A DNA stretch of 61,509 nucleotides, the filler included, from an uncultured Methanosarcinales archaeon (GTDB lineage: Archaea > Nanobdellota > Nanobdellia > Woesearchaeales > CAZPJY01), in NCBI GenBank assembly GCA_964587045.1. It is 5 parts of 4 records of this genome, joined end to end, with 100 filler letters (N's around TTAATTAATTAA, not from the genome) between each part and the next. Parts side by side here need not be neighbours in the genome. Positions count along the whole stretch, not along the records: positions 26,923 to 56,761 come from CAZPJY010000022.1; positions 56,862 to 61,509 come from CAZPJY010000047.1; 3 more parts are not named here. The stretch is one strand, 5' to 3'. The notes beneath the pieces were generated by a model. That model had not been told where the DNA came from. It saw nothing but the letters and a program-made list of their open reading frames with translations, and ran no database searches. The position numbers and the translations under genes are program-made. Of this stretch, positions 48,048 through 57,212 are shown piece by piece (position 1 is the first letter of the stretch; each line of letters opens with the position of its first letter).

Positions 48048-48563
48048 ATGGATCTTTCAAAAACCTTGAGGGTCGTACCGGACTGGCCTAAAAGAGGCAT
48101 CCAGTTCTATGATGTGACTACGCTCATAAAGCAACCCGCGGCGTTGAAAGAAGCCATCAGGCAGATGGCGGCAAAGGTAGAAGATATCGAATTTGACAAG
48201 GTCATGGGCATTGAGTCCCGAGGATTCGTCTTCGGTACAGGCATAGCCCTTGAAAGCAACAAGAGCCTAATACTCGCGAGGAAGCCAGGCAAACTGCCGG
48301 CGAAGACAGTTGCGGAGGGGTTCATGAAGGAGTACGGGCCTGACTCTATCGAGGTGCACGAGGACGCCATAAGTGAGGGCGATAGGGTGCTGATAGTCGA
48401 CGACCTGCTTGCGACCGGGGGTACGATACTCGCCGCCGCGAAGCTGGTGGAGAAGCTCGGGGGCAAGGTTGCCGGCTTCCTTTTCCTAATAGACCTCACC
48501 TCGCTCCACGGTAAGCTGCCATACCCTGTCAGGTCAGTACTGGAGTTTGAGGTGAATGAGTAG
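48048..48563 (+). CDS. apt: adenine phosphoribosyltransferase
   Basis: PDWPKRGIQFYD, ESRGF, RKPGKLP, VDDLLATGGT. Confidence 0.95.
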   Translation: MDLSKTLRVVPDWPKRGIQFYDVTTLIKQPAALKEAIRQMAAKVEDIEFDKVMGIESRGFVFGTGIALESNKSLILARKPGKLPAKTVAEGFMKEYGPDSIEVHEDAISEGDRVLIVDDLLATGGTILAAAKLVEKLGGKVAGFLFLIDLTSLHGKLPYPVRSVLEFEVNE

Positions 48564-48614
48564 GCAAAAGTTTTTATACCCCTCACCCTATTGAATGCTT
48601 TGGGAAAAAGGGGA

Positions 48615-49670
48615 ATGGTAAGTTTTCACCTATTAAGCGACGAGCTGCAGGACCTCAAGAAGAAACACAATCGTTCTATAATACTCAGTGGAGCGGTCTT
48701 CCTAACCCTCCTGATTATCTGGTACCTCTTCTACAAAGGGGCGATCCCTAACCTCCAGAAGGATACGACCATGCTCAACATACTCTTCAGCATGGTCAGG
48801 GCATTCCTGGTCATATTCATCGCCAGCCTAATTGTCAGGCTAGTGACTCTACTGATGGGTGTGCAAATATTCCAGAACGTCAACCGCCATGACAGGGCAT
48901 CACTCCTCAGGGTATTCAAGTACGTGATTTACTTCGTTGCAATTGTCATATCAGTGGCCCAGTTCTCAATAGACCCCCAATCCCTAGGCATCTCTTTTGG
49001 TCTTTTGTCAGCAGGTCTCGCGATTGCGCTGCAGCAACCCCTCTTATCGATTGTCGGATGGATAATCATTATTGTGAAGAAGCCATTCCTGATCGGGGAC
49101 AGGGTGGTTATCAGGAACCTAAAAGGCGACGTCAGGGATATAGGCCTCTTCTTCATGACACTCGAGGAGTTCGGCAGGGGGAGCGATTACGACGACCCAA
49201 CAGGCATACTGACTATCGTTCCCAATAACATGCTACTCACCGAGCCTGTCATTAACTACACGCGCGACACCCCTTATGTTTGGGACGAGATAGACATATC
49301 CATCACATACGAAAGCGACTTGAACACCGCTAAGCAGCTGGTGATGGACACTGCTCTAGAGGTCGTCGGCTCCGACATGAAGAAGGCGTACGCGCAGATG
49401 ATGGAAATATTCGAGGACAGCCCCCAGAGGGAAAGCATATCCAACGTTCCCAGCATGTTTGTTTCCATGTCTGAATCTTCAGTCAACCTCTCGGTTAGAT
49501 ACCTTGTGAATGCAAGGTCGAAAAGGCAGAAGAAATCGAGAATCACCGACGGCATCCTGAACAGATTCAATAGTTGCCGTTCCGTTTCCATCGCCTACCC
49601 TCACACCCAACTGGTGATGGAGGACAGGAACCTGCCCGAATCGGCGCGAAATTACTTCAACAGGAATTAG
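48615..49670 (+). CDS. MscS family mechanosensitive channel
   Basis: AGLAIALQ...PFLIGDRV...GDVRDIG...VPNN...VINYT. Confidence 0.92.
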   Translation: MVSFHLLSDELQDLKKKHNRSIILSGAVFLTLLIIWYLFYKGAIPNLQKDTTMLNILFSMVRAFLVIFIASLIVRLVTLLMGVQIFQNVNRHDRASLLRVFKYVIYFVAIVISVAQFSIDPQSLGISFGLLSAGLAIALQQPLLSIVGWIIIIVKKPFLIGDRVVIRNLKGDVRDIGLFFMTLEEFGRGSDYDDPTGILTIVPNNMLLTEPVINYTRDTPYVWDEIDISITYESDLNTAKQLVMDTALEVVGSDMKKAYAQMMEIFEDSPQRESISNVPSMFVSMSESSVNLSVRYLVNARSKRQKKSRITDGILNRFNSCRSVSIAYPHTQLVMEDRNLPESARNYFNRN

Positions 49671-51973
49671 TAATCGAACAAGGATTTCTGCTTTCCCTTG
49701 AGCAGGTCGTCGAATGATGTTCCAAAGAAGGTAAGGATCGAGTCTGCGATTGGCTTGAGTTGCTTCTCCTTGTAGTGCTCGTAGTCAATGTCGTTGGCTA
49801 GGGCCTCGACAGGCTCGGGCCCGGCGACAGTCATGACATACTTGATTAGGTCAGATGTTAGCTTGGGCAGCTTCCTTGCAGCCTTGACGTGGGGAGGGGT
49901 GGTCTTGGTGTACTCATTGATGGGCTTCCTCAAAGCCTTGACGTAGACTAGCTTGTCATCGAACTTTCCCTTCTCGAGCTTCTCAACGTAGTCCCTGACG
50001 AACTCAGCAGGGTCGCGCTTGTGGAAGACGAAATCGAAGAGCTCGTACTGGAAATTCTTCGCAAGCTCGGTCCAATCCCTACGGACAATCTCCAGTCCTG
50101 TGAACTCTGCTTGCTCCTTCCCCTCCTTCATGACAAGGCCCGCATAGCGTTTCTTTGCCCCTGCCTCCTGTTTCCTCACCTTGGGCATGAGGAGCCGGAT
50201 GAAGGTCTTTTCGAATTCGAGCTCGAGGAACGACTTGCGATGGTACTTCTCCGTGACCATCCTGCTGTAATAGGAGTTGATTAGCTCTGGTATCTTCCCT
50301 CCAATAGCCTCGGCTTCCTTTAAGGAGTTTGCCTTTACATCAACGAATACTGAATCCGTGTCACCATAAATTACGCTGTAGCCCTTATCATTAAGCTGCT
50401 CAGCGGTAACCTGAATTATCTGGCGCCCGAAATGGGTTATCGCGTTGGCCACATCGGTCGAGTAGAACCTGCAGTTAGGATTGGCCAATACGCCGTAGAA
50501 AGAATTCATCGTAATCTTGATCGCATATGACGCAAGGTCGTTTTTAGCCCGCTTTGCCTCATCCCTGGTCCTCCAAAGCTTCTGTATCAGCAGAGGCAAA
50601 ATGCCGTCCTCCTGTTTGAAGTGGGCGCCGTTGGGTGCGACGATAGGAGCTTTACCCTTGGGGTCATAGGATGCCGGATCTATATTGAATGTGCAAATGA
50701 TGGAAGGGTACAGGCTCTTGAAATCGAAAACTGCGACGTAGTCGTAAATTCCTGGGACTGGGTCGCGTACGTATCCGCCTTTTATTTCCTCATCCTCTTC
50801 TGTGTACCTCATGGTCGGGCAGACCATCTTGCGAGTCCTCGCCTCGCGAAGATAGAGGTTGTCGAGTGAGGCGATTGATGCCTTGACCCTGTCCAGTTGC
50901 ATCCCCGTTAGCATTGAGCGCTGGATTGAGAGGTCAATCACCCCTGTTTTCTCGATTATCCTGTAAACAAGCTCAGCGTCCTTCAGGTTGTAATCAACCA
51001 ATAGTTGTTGGTTTTCTTTGTACGCATTCTCGATGTCATATTTACGCTCCTTGCCTTTCAGGAGCTTGGATTCGCCAAGAATTTCCTTTGCGGTGTTCTC
51101 AAGGGTGTAGTCGTCCAGCTTGATGAATGAGTTCCTGAGCAGGGCAAGCCCGTCCAGGACCATCCTCCCGGGAATCTTTGCTGTGCTCTCCCTAAAAAAG
51201 GACGATTCCTGCTTGATGCTCGTGCCCATCCCGGCCTTGCTGAAATCGAAAGGTATGTTGAAGTGTTCGAATCTCTTCTTTAGGACTGAGAGGTCGAAGT
51301 CCACCACGTTCCAGCCTGTTATTATGTCAGGATCGAGGTCGTAGACAGCCTGCTTGAATGCTGACAGGACGCTTTTTTCGTCAGGGAAGGATCTCGCGTT
51401 CTTCAGTTTCTTACCGCTGTGTATCAGCACCTCTCTGTGCCCTTTGGTGAAAAGGGATATGCAGTAGACTTGTGAGCCTTTCGCATCAGTCTCTATGTCG
51501 AATGACAGCATCTTCAGATTGGTTGGGCAGGGTTCAATCCCTCTTACTTTTGGGTTATCGTAGACCAAGTCGACGTCCTCCCCCCTGCTGCTCTCACCGT
51601 CTATTTCCAGCGAACCTGTTATGCTGTGGTCGATCATGAACCTGTAAGCATACCTGATGTCAGACTCAAAGGTGGCAATCCCAGCATCCTCGAACGCCTT
51701 GCGTATTGATGGCACATCTTTTGGGGAGTTGGTCTCCACCTTCTGCACCTTTTCGCCATCAAATGTGAAGAGATCGGCTGGTTCTATCGTTAGGGGTGGC
51801 AGCTCGCCCATGCCCTTGGCCTTGTCAGCATCAGAGTCTTTGATGAAGAAGTATGGTTTGAAATCGCATTTAGCTAGAAAGGTCTTTCCGTTCTCAAGGC
51901 GCCCGAAGAGATGAACGACCGCCTTACCTTTCTCGGTCTTGTATGTTGGGTAGACAACGAAACCTTTGACCAT
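49667..51973 (-). CDS. polB: family B DNA polymerase (bacterial Pol II-like)
   Basis: FDIET exo I, GWNVVDFD, DFKSLYPS, K..MNSFYG, YGDTDS, KKRYAG. Confidence 0.93.
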   Translation of the reverse strand: MVKGFVVYPTYKTEKGKAVVHLFGRLENGKTFLAKCDFKPYFFIKDSDADKAKGMGELPPLTIEPADLFTFDGEKVQKVETNSPKDVPSIRKAFEDAGIATFESDIRYAYRFMIDHSITGSLEIDGESSRGEDVDLVYDNPKVRGIEPCPTNLKMLSFDIETDAKGSQVYCISLFTKGHREVLIHSGKKLKNARSFPDEKSVLSAFKQAVYDLDPDIITGWNVVDFDLSVLKKRFEHFNIPFDFSKAGMGTSIKQESSFFRESTAKIPGRMVLDGLALLRNSFIKLDDYTLENTAKEILGESKLLKGKERKYDIENAYKENQQLLVDYNLKDAELVYRIIEKTGVIDLSIQRSMLTGMQLDRVKASIASLDNLYLREARTRKMVCPTMRYTEEDEEIKGGYVRDPVPGIYDYVAVFDFKSLYPSIICTFNIDPASYDPKGKAPIVAPNGAHFKQEDGILPLLIQKLWRTRDEAKRAKNDLASYAIKITMNSFYGVLANPNCRFYSTDVANAITHFGRQIIQVTAEQLNDKGYSVIYGDTDSVFVDVKANSLKEAEAIGGKIPELINSYYSRMVTEKYHRKSFLELEFEKTFIRLLMPKVRKQEAGAKKRYAGLVMKEGKEQAEFTGLEIVRRDWTELAKNFQYELFDFVFHKRDPAEFVRDYVEKLEKGKFDDKLVYVKALRKPINEYTKTTPPHVKAARKLPKLTSDLIKYVMTVAGPEPVEALANDIDYEHYKEKQLKPIADSILTFFGTSFDDLLKGKQKSLFDY

Positions 51974-51997
51974 GGTTTGGAAGGACGGGCTTTTCCT

Positions 51998-52153
51998 TTA
52001 TAAATTTTTAGACCTTACCAGGAAATAGGCTCCGCCGCCGATCACCAGGATGACCGCCCAAAACATCCAGGGAGAGTAGTGGAGGATGGGGAAAAGGACT
52101 AGATTGGTTATTAGAATCAAGATCGCTACGAGGGCAATGACTTTCTTGTTCAT
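51998..52153 (-). CDS. small two-TM membrane protein (51 aa; not in ORF track)
   Basis: MNKKVIALVAILILITNLVLFPILHYSPWMFWAVILVIGGGAYFLVRSKNL. Confidence 0.6.
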   Translation of the reverse strand: MNKKVIALVAILILITNLVLFPILHYSPWMFWAVILVIGGGAYFLVRSKNL

Positions 52154-52215
52154 CCGTCTGGGTAATGAGTAAGTATTTAATAAGTTTTATATAGGTGGGC
52201 CTCTTTTTTTGTCTC

Positions 52216-53445
52216 ATGGCCAAGAGGAGGGTGAGGGCTAAGAAAAAGGAGGATATTTACCTCCATGTTCTTGTTCTACCGATTGTGGTCATGTTCACCC
52301 TCCTGCTGCTGCTTGGGGTGTTGCTGGCTACGACAGCTCCCCTGGTTGAGGATGAGCTTCCACCAGACACATCGACAGACATTGGTGGCGTATCAAGCTT
52401 CAATGAGGTCCTGACCACACTGCTGAACGACAGCGAGATTTTCAGATCGTACGAAATTGGCGAGTTTAACAAGATAGTTGGGAGAATGGAAGACGGCAGT
52501 TGGAGGGTCTACCTATACTCTGTCACGGCAAAGGAAGGTGAGAGGACCGAAGATCTTCGCTACATCGTGTCGCTGGGGTCTGGAAGAACAGTGGAGACCC
52601 TCTTGGACAACCCTGTCGATCCTCACCCTGGGCCCCCAAGCCTGAAGATTAACCTGCTGGACCGCGATGTCACGATGTACGAAGTCCCTGCCGACTTCGA
52701 TACGATGGACGTATCAAGGTTAGAGATATTCTTAAAGGAGATACCTGAGATGAGGATTGTGCTCGGCCGCGGTGCTGAGCTTCGGAGCGACTACTACGAC
52801 CCCTCTTTGGGCAGGATCCTGGTGTACGAGGAGCCCAAGCTGGGCCTAATGACCAACCTCCTTATATCTGGAGGGGATGACGGAGTGCAGCTGCAGATTG
52901 TTGGCAATTACACTAACCTGGGGATGGGTCACGTCTTTGACCATGACGAACTGATGTCAGAAATATTGTCCGGCGACTTCGTCAAAACATACGGCAAGCA
53001 GCTCACCCAGCAGCGTTCCAGTCTGATAAGGGACAACAGCATGATTTACTGGTTCGTGTCTTTCAGGCGTCCGGTAGCAGCAGGTCCCCTGGCCAACCAG
53101 GAGGTGCTCCTCGTGAAGGCTGATGCGTCCAACGGGCAGATATTATCGTACGATTACTTGTTCGCCCAGAGCCTGGACAGCACCCTGATGCCACTTTACA
53201 ACGAGGCTGCACGCAACTCTGCGGCTCTCGCCAAATACCTGGACAGCTACCCGGCAGCTGACGTTATCTATAACTTGCACCAGGACCAAGAAGGCAGGTT
53301 CATCCAGGGCCTTTACTCCTATCACTCGATCAGCAGGGGGATTGTGGATCAGTCAAGCTTCCTTTTTACGGTCAGGCTTGAGCCATACTCTGTAACAGAT
53401 GAAGTCTGGTACCATGAGAGGTTCGAAGCGTCTCTTGTCGAGTGA
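52216..53445 (+). CDS. membrane-anchored hypothetical protein
   Basis: Basic N-terminus plus TM; no recognisable motif. Confidence 0.7.
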   Translation: MAKRRVRAKKKEDIYLHVLVLPIVVMFTLLLLLGVLLATTAPLVEDELPPDTSTDIGGVSSFNEVLTTLLNDSEIFRSYEIGEFNKIVGRMEDGSWRVYLYSVTAKEGERTEDLRYIVSLGSGRTVETLLDNPVDPHPGPPSLKINLLDRDVTMYEVPADFDTMDVSRLEIFLKEIPEMRIVLGRGAELRSDYYDPSLGRILVYEEPKLGLMTNLLISGGDDGVQLQIVGNYTNLGMGHVFDHDELMSEILSGDFVKTYGKQLTQQRSSLIRDNSMIYWFVSFRRPVAAGPLANQEVLLVKADASNGQILSYDYLFAQSLDSTLMPLYNEAARNSAALAKYLDSYPAADVIYNLHQDQEGRFIQGLYSYHSISRGIVDQSSFLFTVRLEPYSVTDEVWYHERFEASLVE

Positions 53446-53510
53446 TGCCGCGAAATATATACCTTCTATCCCAACAATCCTTATAAATAGCTTAAGTTTT
53501 TGTGACAACC

Positions 53511-54293
53511 ATGGCCAGAGTCGAGAGCCCCAGCTCAATAAACACCTACAAGCAGTGCCCTAGGAAGTATTACTACCAGTATATCAGGAAGTTGGAGTCC
53601 CTTCCCTCGATCCACCTGATACGGGGCAAAATCGTCCATGCGGCGATTGAGGGCTTCTTCAAGTCTGACACTTCCAGCACAGAGTGGGAGACCGCTGAGA
53701 TAGACATGCAGAGGAGCTTGCTCAGCCTGTTTCATGAGAAGTGGATTTCGGCAGCAGACGAGCTGGGCCAGCTGGACGTGGACATCCCGTTCTTCGAGAA
53801 GGAGTCTGTTTTGATGCTCAACAATTTCCTGTCGAAGCTTTTCTCAAAACTCGACCGCTCCGTTCCCTTTTCCGAGGCTTGGGAAAAGGCCAGGCCAGAA
53901 TCAGAGGTTTTCTACTCGTCCGATGAGCTGAAGGTCAGGGGATACATTGACGCGGTTGAGCAGCTGGACCAGGAGGTCAGGCTCATAGACTACAAGACCT
54001 CAAAGAAGTCCGTCATCACGGAAAGCTACAGGCTGCAGCTTGCCATCTACGCGCTCTTATATTACGAGACCCATGGTGTGGTGCCTTCCAAAGTTGGCAT
54101 CAATTTCCTCAAAGGAGATGAGCAGTACTTGGAGGTTGACGAGGAGTTGCTTGATCTTGCGAAATTCGAGATTGAGAACATCCACGCCTCGACCGGGACC
54201 AAGGAGATGTTAGACTATCCTAAGAAGATCAGTCCGCTGTGCAAATGGTCCTCAGGACAATGCGATTTCTATGATATCTGCACAAAGGAGTAA
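53511..54293 (+). CDS. PD-(D/E)XK RecB/Cas4-like nuclease with four Cys (Fe-S staple)
   Basis: SPSSI..Y.QCPRKY, G..VH, RGYIDAV, IDYKTS, QLAIYA, LCKW....CDFYDIC. Confidence 0.88.
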   Translation: MARVESPSSINTYKQCPRKYYYQYIRKLESLPSIHLIRGKIVHAAIEGFFKSDTSSTEWETAEIDMQRSLLSLFHEKWISAADELGQLDVDIPFFEKESVLMLNNFLSKLFSKLDRSVPFSEAWEKARPESEVFYSSDELKVRGYIDAVEQLDQEVRLIDYKTSKKSVITESYRLQLAIYALLYYETHGVVPSKVGINFLKGDEQYLEVDEELLDLAKFEIENIHASTGTKEMLDYPKKISPLCKWSSGQCDFYDICTKE

Positions 54294-54325
54294 AGCATTT
54301 AAACATAACTTCCAATCCTTGTGGC

Positions 54326-55441
54326 ATGACCCACAGGGCTGCCGGTACAAAAAACGCTGACGCTAGGATAGAAGAGCTTGAAAAAGAGCTCTCCAAGACC
54401 AAGTACAACAAGAGGACCCAGCACCACGTAGGGCTGGTCAAGGCCAAGATAGCGGCGCTTCGTGACAAGGAGAAGAAGAAGACTGCTGGCAAGGGCAAGA
54501 CCTACGGTTATTCAGTTAGGAAGACAGGAGATGCGACCGTCATACTGATTGGCTTTCCTTCAGTTGGGAAGAGCACGCTTCTAAATGCCCTCACAAACAA
54601 GGAAAGCGAGGTCGGTGCTTACGATTTCACGACGCTTACAGTCGTGCCGGGCCTCCTTGTGTACCAGGGGGCTCAGATCCAGATACTCGATGTCCCTGGA
54701 ATCGTTAGGGGAGCCGCTTCAGGACAGGGTCGGGGTAAAGAGGTTTTGTCTGTTATGAGAAATGCCAACATGGCGGTGCTTATCATAGATGCGACGCAGC
54801 CCAGGAATTTCATAACGTTGGTCAAGGAGGTGAGGCTTGCTGGTCTGCGTCTCAATGAACATCCTCCCGACGTCAAGATCAGCAAGACCGGCAAAAACGG
54901 AATACAGGTGGGGACGACCTGTAGGCTGACCAAGATAACCAAAGAGACCATAAAAGACATGCTCAAAGAGTTCAGGATTCTGAACGCTGAGGTAATAGTC
55001 AGGGAGAACATAACCGACGACCAGCTGATTGACTCCATCGAGGCGAACAAGGTCTACATGCCAGCTGTTACAGTGTTGAACAAGGCCGACCTGGTCTCGA
55101 AGGGTGAAGCGAATGAGTTAATGGCGAGATACGGGGCTGACATCGCCATCTCGGCTGAGAAGCGCGAGAATATCGACCAGCTGAAGGAGCTGATATTCAA
55201 TCGTTTGGGTTTCATAAGAATTTTCCTAAAGGAGCCCTCAAAGCCTGCTGACCTTGAAGAGCCCCTCATCATGTTTGATGGCTGCACGGTCCATGATGTA
55301 GGGCAGAAGCTTCATAAGGATTTCATCAACAAGTTCAAATTCTCCAGGGTCTGGGGTAAGAGCGCTAAGTTCCCTGGACAGAAATTCTCCATCAGGCACG
55401 CCTTGAAGGACGGGGACATATTAGAGGTCCACCTCAACTGA
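54326..55441 (+). CDS. DRG/OBG family GTPase with TGS domain
   Basis: GFPSVGKS, YDFTTL, DVPGI, NKAD, C-terminal TGS. Confidence 0.95.
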   Translation: MTHRAAGTKNADARIEELEKELSKTKYNKRTQHHVGLVKAKIAALRDKEKKKTAGKGKTYGYSVRKTGDATVILIGFPSVGKSTLLNALTNKESEVGAYDFTTLTVVPGLLVYQGAQIQILDVPGIVRGAASGQGRGKEVLSVMRNANMAVLIIDATQPRNFITLVKEVRLAGLRLNEHPPDVKISKTGKNGIQVGTTCRLTKITKETIKDMLKEFRILNAEVIVRENITDDQLIDSIEANKVYMPAVTVLNKADLVSKGEANELMARYGADIAISAEKRENIDQLKELIFNRLGFIRIFLKEPSKPADLEEPLIMFDGCTVHDVGQKLHKDFINKFKFSRVWGKSAKFPGQKFSIRHALKDGDILEVHLN

Positions 55442-56060
55442 GCCCCTCTAGTAGGGGCACGAACCTGCAATCGCACAGCTTTTGGGACCGAAAAGTTTTA
55501 TTTTTCCTGGTTACCAGGATGAGCTCTTGCACATGGATTCCGCCAACAGGCGCGACAAGTCGGCCCCCATCCTTGAGGGCTCTCAGAAGTCTTTGGGGGA
55601 CGTTCCTGGTCGCGGCAGTGACAATTATGCAGTCGAATGCAGTTCTAATGTCGCTTCCATCCCCGTGTACTACTCTGACATTAGTGTACCTTTTGAGCCT
55701 CGATGCGCTTTCGCTGGCCAGCACGCTGATTCTCTCATAGGTTACCACCTCCCCTGCGAGCTTTGACAGGATTGCTGCCTGATAACCTGAGCCTGTGCCC
55801 AGCTCAAGCACCCGGCCATTCTTGTCTGGATTCAGGGCCTGGGTCATCAGAGCGACGATGTAAGGTTGTGAAATGGTCTGGCCGTGGCCGATGGGGAGGG
55901 GGTAGTCTTCATACGCGTCATCCTCAAATTCCGACGGTACGAACAAGTGCCTTGGCACCTCCCTGAACGCAGCCAGGACCTTACTATTGGTTATGCCCCG
56001 CTTCTGCAACTGCTGCATGACCATGTGTTCGCGTTCCCGATCGAGTTGGTCCGGATTCAA
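55434..56060 (-). CDS. pcm: protein-L-isoaspartate O-methyltransferase
   Basis: VPRHLFV, GQTISQP, LELGTGSGY, FVPL; TTG start overlapping the upstream stop. Confidence 0.93.
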   Translation of the reverse strand: MNPDQLDREREHMVMQQLQKRGITNSKVLAAFREVPRHLFVPSEFEDDAYEDYPLPIGHGQTISQPYIVALMTQALNPDKNGRVLELGTGSGYQAAILSKLAGEVVTYERISVLASESASRLKRYTNVRVVHGDGSDIRTAFDCIIVTAATRNVPQRLLRALKDGGRLVAPVGGIHVQELILVTRKNKTFRSQKLCDCRFVPLLEGLS

Positions 56061-56599
56061 AGTATCACCAGCAGGCCCAGGCAGGCGGCGAGCACGATGA
56101 ATGCGGGTTTGCTCCACCTAAATATCTTGAGGCCGTCGAAGGGACCGAATGGTATCATGTTGAACAACCCAATCCATGCGTTGATGTAGGCTCCGAAGCT
56201 GAAGAACGCTATTGAGGGTACGATGATACTTGCCAAGAAGAACGCGAATGCCAGTATGAGATTTGCAAACGGCCCTGCACTCGCAATCATGCCGTGCTTC
56301 CTCGCGGTTAAGGGGCCTCTTATCATTACAGCTCCGGGAGCGATGAAAAGTATGCCGAAGAATGAGATCGCGAGGGCCAATATGAGCATCTTGTTGTCTG
56401 CGAGGAAGGTGGCTTGGGTTCCCAGACGTTGCGCCACATACTTGTGGGAGAGTTCGTGGGCGACCATTCCCAGGCCGACCGTCACGGCTGCTATGGCTAT
56501 GATGTTGAGGAATCCTTGGCTTATCCCGCCCATGGCGAATGCGACTGCGAGTGATACCACTGCCCAGGCCTTCACAAGTTCGAAAGCTTCACCCCTCAT
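56057..56599 (-). CDS. M50 (site-2) family metalloprotease
   Basis: HELSH, AGPFAN, NMIPFGPFDG. Confidence 0.9.
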   Translation of the reverse strand: MRGEAFELVKAWAVVSLAVAFAMGGISQGFLNIIAIAAVTVGLGMVAHELSHKYVAQRLGTQATFLADNKMLILALAISFFGILFIAPGAVMIRGPLTARKHGMIASAGPFANLILAFAFFLASIIVPSIAFFSFGAYINAWIGLFNMIPFGPFDGLKIFRWSKPAFIVLAACLGLLVIL

Positions 56600-56761
56600 G
56601 GTAGTTGAGTGATAAGGGTATTATATAAAACTGCTGAATGAGGCCTCCTGCTTTAAGAATATGACCATATTTGTATGTATTAGTCGATACTAAAATTAGC
56701 ATAATATATGTTATAGAATACAAATTTTTATAAAGGTGAAAAATAAAGGTATGAAGTAAAG

Positions 56762-56860
56762 NNNNNNNNNNNNNNNNNNNNNNNNNNNNNNNNNNNNNNN
56801 NNNNNTTAATTAATTAANNNNNNNNNNNNNNNNNNNNNNNNNNNNNNNNNNNNNNNNNNN
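56762..56860. other. assembly linker (N-TTAATTAATTAA-N)
   Basis: N run with stop linker. Confidence 0.98.
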
Positions 56861-57153
56861 NAGGATTTCAGATATGGTCTCATCTCCTTCTGGATGCGCA
56901 TGTTCGCCTGCTCGTTGCGCTCGGTGTAGTGGATGAGCTTCTTTCTCAGGTTGGACATCTTGAGGAAATAGCCATCCCTTGACATCGCCTGCTCAATCTC
57001 TTCCAGACGGATTTTGCTCAGGTCGTACTCCAGCTTCACCTTCCTGCTTCCGACCGACAAGCCTACCACTCCTTCCAGGCCTCCGAGACTCTCCTCGATA
57101 AGACCTCCGCGGCCCTCCAGGCCGTCAACCTTAACCCTTCGTTTCCTTATCAT
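56861..57153 (-). CDS. degenerate HMA-like domain protein (3' truncated by gap)
   Basis: IEESL..LEGV......V.LEYD......EIEQ.M...GY without CxxC. Confidence 0.55.
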
Positions 57154-57212
57154 GGTACTATTTTATGCGGCGATTATTATATTCGTTATCTTTAAGCAAA
57201 AGGATTTGCCTT

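Noticed and set aside
2069..56860. Recurrent TTAATTAATTAA inside N runs
   Set aside because: Artificial contig-joining linker with stops in all frames, not a biological repeat.
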